A model generated the notes under the pieces. That model made no database searches, was not told the origin of the DNA, and saw only the letters and a program-made list of their open reading frames with translations. From positions 16,685,903 to 16,749,902 of the forward strand of contig CM082577.2 in assembly GCA_040954595.2 (NCBI GenBank): a DNA stretch of 64,000 nt. Reading direction: 5' to 3'. How positions within the stretch are numbered: the first letter of the stretch is position 1; every line of letters begins with the position of its first letter. Source of the DNA: Balanoglossus misakiensis (Eukaryota > Animalia > Hemichordata). Below, piece by piece: positions 59,401-64,000 of this stretch. The translations under genes were made by a program, and so were the position numbers.

Positions 59401-60589
59401 TAATGATGCACCTGCTTAAAAAGGGCCAGTCACAACTTTAATGAAATAACGTTGGTCCAGACGGAAACGTCGTCTGTGACGGTGAACTGTGGAAACTTGA
59501 ACTGCTAACATTACTCAAACAAAGTACAGCTTACATGTCAGCTTAGAAAAATACACTTTTGACTGTACAAAACTACATTGATTACACTGAAAGGTGGCTC
59601 GAGACGCAGTAAAATGACGAAGTATGAATTTGAAGAGTAGTGAAACCTGCTGTGCTTGGGGAACTCGGGGCGAACTGCCAGGGGACGGGAGGGTGGGATG
59701 ATGAAGACGGTGTGAGACTTGACCACTCCACTCCGAATACTAGCTGTGGACTCCCTAGGCCCCCCGCAATGCCAAATTATGCCCTTAGAGGGTCCCCCCA
59801 ATACCTGAGGGTTCCCCCCAAAGGGCCACAATGAAATTTGACCATAGACGTATGGTCTATGATTTGACAGATATAAAAAGGTGTAAAGTCTATGTTTACA
59901 GCTGAAAATCATTTCATGCTCATTGGGTTAATTGCATAGTTAAAAAAGCAGTCTCTCGTTGACTGAAATGGAAAATGGAATTCAATGAAACCCATTATAA
60001 ATAATGTAATGAACATTATCTAGAGCTGATCCCTAAGACCATTTTTTAGAAGTGAATAAAATTTGGCATATATTCAAGAAGTGCCTATTCACACTGACGA
60101 TTATCCTGAACATGATGTACAAAACGCACTGATGACATAAAACTTGTGAAGAATTGTGTGCATGGTACATGTACGCTTTCAAATCTTTTTTAATAGACAA
60201 AGCATATTAAGTCTACACACGTATATTTATACACTTTAAAGAAGTTATCGTTACTAAAATTATTGCATTTCTTTCTTGTATTAGGATGCACCCTTCAATA
60301 ACCAGGGTTGATAATGCAGCTATGGCAACATTGGCTGCAAGATCTGCCCTGTACTAAAGTTTTGCCCAACTGTCAAGTCGTACAGGGTGCAAAAACATAT
60401 AGCTGGGCATATGAAATCATCTGTAAATTATAGAGGTAAGACTTTAAATTAATCCTACATGTTTTTAGGATAACAATTGGTACTATTTGGAAAGAAGTAT
60501 AAATGTTAGAGATAAACCTAGACATTTTACAGTTTAAAAGGTTCATGTAACTCCTTTATAAATGTTTTGAGATTGGATTTATAATTAAA

Positions 60590-61515
60590 CTATGAACTTT
60601 CTGACCAGAATGATATATTTCCAAACAAATTTTTGTCTTTAAATTCTAAATTTATCCACTCATAAAAGTTTGGAGTATACTATTTGCCATGTCGGTGCCC
60701 TGGGACATTTCGCAGTGTTCTCTTTCAGTGGGCCCTTGACTTTGAAGTGTAAATAATGAAATGTCTGACCATATTTATAATGCTGATACTATTCCTAACA
60801 AATTTCTGCCCCTAAACTTAGAATTTGTCCAATGATAAAATTTGGGAGTATAGTACTTGTGAAAAATATGCCACGTGGGTGCCTTCAGACATATAGCTGT
60901 GTTCTCACTTCAGTAGGCCTTTGACTTTGAAGTTTTAACCATGAAATTTCTGACCAGATTTATAATGCTAATAATATAACTAACAAATATCTCCCCCTAA
61001 ACTTGTATTTATTCGTTCATAACATTTGGGAGTATAGTACTTGTGAAAAATATGCCACGTGGGTGCCCTGTGACATATAGCTGTGTTCTCACTTCAGTAG
61101 GCCTTTGACTTTGAAGTTTCAACCATGAAATTTCTGACCAGATTTATAATGCTAATACTATTCCTAACAAATTTCTGCCCCTATTAAACTTAGAATTTGT
61201 CCAATGATAAAATTTGGGAGTATAGCACTTGTTAAAAATATGCCACGTGGGTGCCTTCAGACATATAGCTGTGTTCTCACTTCAGTAGGCCTTTGACTTT
61301 GAAGTTTTAACCATGAAATTTCTGACCAGATTTATAATGCTAATACTATTCTTTACAAATATCTCCCCCTAAACTTATAATTTATCCGTTCATAACACTT
61401 GGGTGTATAATAGCTGTGAAAAATATATGTCACGTGAGTGCCCTGGTTCATTTACCTGTGTTCATTTTTTCAGTGGGCTCTTATCATTGAAGTGTCCACT
61501 ATGAAATTTACCATT
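60590..61515. repeat. ~185-bp satellite, ~5 units, alternating A/B variants
   Basis: ATGAAATTTCTGACCAG-like starts at ~60592, 60757, 60941, 61125, 61313, 61501. Confidence 0.9.
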
Positions 61516-62395
61516 TTGTAACCAATTGATGTTTGCTGTTTGGATTTTGGGTTTTAATAGTAAAATAAACATGTCCTGAATTACTCTTTGGTCAGTATTG
61601 ACCAACACAGGCTTAGCTAATTTGATATACCGGTATATTAATTATCCGCTACCTGACTGTGGTTGACTTCTCAGTAGCTGCTGGTTTCACATATTTTGAT
61701 CAACATGCCAAGTCATATTTATCACAATAATGTTGACCGCTTCGTAGGTTTAGTATCTTTTCATGTGAATGCGTTATTATTGGAACATTTTATGGACATT
61801 ATGTGTTAATGTATTTGTCTATTTTTCCTTACCTAGGTTTGTGCCTGACTACATCACAGGTGTCCTCTTTAAGGAAGCTGTTGTGTTTGTAGTATCTCAG
61901 CATAAAAGGATAAGCTTGGAAGAAACCAACTGTCTTTGTTGCTTAAACAGAGGAAAACTAGATGCAATATGTAACAGATGCAAACAGCCATGATTGACAC
62001 TTGAAATCCCACTCATACAATCTACTGTGGACATAGCTGGGCCTTTCTATTAGTTGTAATGGGTTGTTCAGTTTCATATAAGAAATGCAGTGAAAAATTG
62101 TATAGATGTTCTTGGTAAAGTAGATGCATACAGATAGAGTAGATAACTGAAAAGAACATTCATATAGTTAATGGTCAAAAACAGCTGAAGCAACTCATCA
62201 ACAAAGTCAAGTGTATATTGTGTAGGGAGTTTAGTTTTTGAAAAGAATTTTCATGAATCATGACTTTTGACACCTCAAATGTGTGCATTGATTTTGGGAG
62301 AACAAAGTAGAGTAGTAGTGTATGGTTGTTGTTGTTGAATTAGGCAAGGGAGTTTTTAGGTATCTACCTACCCAAATCACACTGTGAATACATTA

Positions 62396-62398
<3 letters not shown>

Positions 62399-62437
<39 letters not shown>
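62399..62437. repeat. (GT)n microsatellite
   Basis: Directly visible. Confidence 0.95.
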
Positions 62438-62439
<2 letters not shown>

Positions 62440-62616
62440 GCTATCTGTCTGAAAAGCAGTATTAAGATAATGTTCTATGACATATACTGAATGTATCCCT
62501 AGCACCAGCTACAACTTTTGACTGTCTTTTCTGTATAAATCAAAGAGTAAACACGAAACTTCAAAATGTACCTGCTTTATATTCATGTTATTTTTTCCTT
62601 TTTACAATTTATTTTA

Positions 62617-62887
62617 TTTGCAATGCTTAATAAAGACAAAAGTTAGTGATTCTTGTCCCAGTAAGATCGGGAAAGTTCGAACATCTCGAAGGTTGCAGTT
62701 TTAAATTGCAGGTCGCAGTTTTAAAGTCACAGGTCGCATGTCGTCATCGGAATTCAATATGCGACTCTGACAGCTGCGACCTGCGTCCTGCGAGTTTGCA
62801 ACTGCAACCTTCGAGATGTTCGACCTTTCCCGATCTTAGTTTAACGGAACAAAATCACTAACTTTGTCTTTATTAAGCATTGCAAAA
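62617..62887. mobile_element. Palindromic MITE (~270 bp)
   Basis: TTGCAATGCTTAATAAAGACAAA..AAGATCGGGAAAG..TCGAACATCTCGAAGGTTGCAG is inverted at 62800-62887. Confidence 0.8.
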
Positions 62888-62890
62888 AAA

Positions 62891-62955
62891 GTATGTATGT
62901 ATGTATGTATGTATGTATGTATGTATGTATGTATGTATGTATGTATGTATGTATG
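62891..62955. repeat. (GTAT)n microsatellite
   Basis: Directly visible. Confidence 0.95.
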
Positions 62956-63189
62956 CATGCATCTAGATGCAATGGATAGAAGTAGAAGTTTTATGGGTAC
63001 TGTGTGCATGCTTTGCCCGACTGTTGATCTGTCACTAAGTCAATACAAATTCCCTATTTCCATAATAATAGTTTGTTGTTAAAGTTATGTATGCCATCAT
63101 CACATTCTTGATACCTGTAGGTCACTTTGCATGACTTGAATTGTGTACCGGTATGTTTCTGTTTCGTCTGTTATTTGCAGATAAGTTGG

Positions 63190-63645
63190 TATTTGTACGG
63201 AATTGAGTCCATGCAAATGGAGTTGCGAAGACTCAACGCTGATCAGCCAGCCCTTTCGTTTTTCGATGCGAGAGACCAGATCATACGGCTGATAGGACAA
63301 AAGGGAAAATGCCCGAAACCGAAACGTGACGCGATACTTCGTGAAGCTGCAGTCGAGAGTGATATACGCAGTCTTGTTTTGAAGCAAGGAGAACAGATTG
63401 CTGCCCAACAAAAGCAGATAGAAACGCTTCTTTCCGCGCTTCAGGGCAGGCCTGTAAAGCCCACTGTGAAGCGACAGACTGTAGCTGAAGACGGAAAACG
63501 TCACTGTTGGAATTGTAATTCTACGGACCACCTTAGGAAAAGCTGTCCAATAGAGAAGACACCCAGTGGTTCGTCCAAACGTACAACTCTGCCAAAACCC
63601 GAAAAGAAGTCCCAAGCTTTAAACGTGGACCGCCTGCCGCTGTGA
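63190..63645 (+). CDS. Gypsy Gag C-terminal part with CCHC knuckle (5'-truncated)
   Basis: CWNCNSTDHLRKSC preceded by a coiled coil. Confidence 0.8.
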   Translation, partial: YLYGIESMQMELRRLNADQPALSFFDARDQIIRLIGQKGKCPKPKRDAILREAAVESDIRSLVLKQGEQIAAQQKQIETLLSALQGRPVKPTVKRQTVAEDGKRHCWNCNSTDHLRKSCPIEKTPSGSSKRTTLPKPEKKSQALNVDRLPL

Positions 63646-64000
63646 GCCGCGTGGTAGGCGAAGCATTGATAGACGGAGGCTCAGTTATACGTAAAGCTGT
63701 CGGGGATTGTCCTGAAGTTACTGTCAAGTTGGGGCATGCTAACGCTGGATGTTTAGTTGACACAGGCGCTGAAGTGTCAACGGTGACTGAAAGTTTCTTC
63801 AAAGAGCACCTCGCTCGAGATGGAAAGTTGGTAGACGTCACATCCTTCATCCAGATCTCCGCATCGCAAGGCTTGGAGATTCCCTTCATCGGTTACGTCG
63901 AGCTTCCTGTTACAGTATTCGACCACACTTTTCAAGGTTTAGGTTTTCTAGTGTGCGCGACCCAGTCGACACCCCAGTCGAGGCATGCAAGACAAGAATG
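63618..64000 (+). CDS. Gypsy pol start (protease) in the -1 frame, runs off the window
   Basis: CLVDTGAEVSTVTESFF..IPFIGYVEL in an open frame starting at the TTTAAAC slippery site. Confidence 0.85.

Overview
AT-rich, intron-containing eukaryotic DNA, probably from a marine invertebrate (this is an inference), made almost entirely of nested and decayed mobile elements. The centrepiece is a complete Ty3/Gypsy LTR retrotransposon (33794-43389, minus strand; LTRs, PBS, PPT, TACT target duplication). It has a helix-hairpin-helix motif at the start of Gag, a PHD finger at the end of integrase, and an extra 3' cassette in the env position encoding a C2H2 finger, a conserved unknown domain and a TatD nuclease with intact metal ligands. 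A second, diverged, 5'-truncated relative (27202-29898) has the same cassette with an open frame but almost every TatD ligand substituted. The full element sits inside a piggyBac, which sits inside a TTAA-flanked Kolobok-like MITE. Other content: pseudogenised Academ-like, Tc1/IS630, EnSpm, Crypton and other tyrosine-recombinase genes; HECT, BEN, YqaJ, RAG1-N-like and divergent cyclin fragments; Harbinger MITEs; Helentron-type repeats; satellites; and the gag-pro region of another Gypsy with a UUUAAAC -1 slippery site. All family assignments are by eye from motifs; no searches were run.
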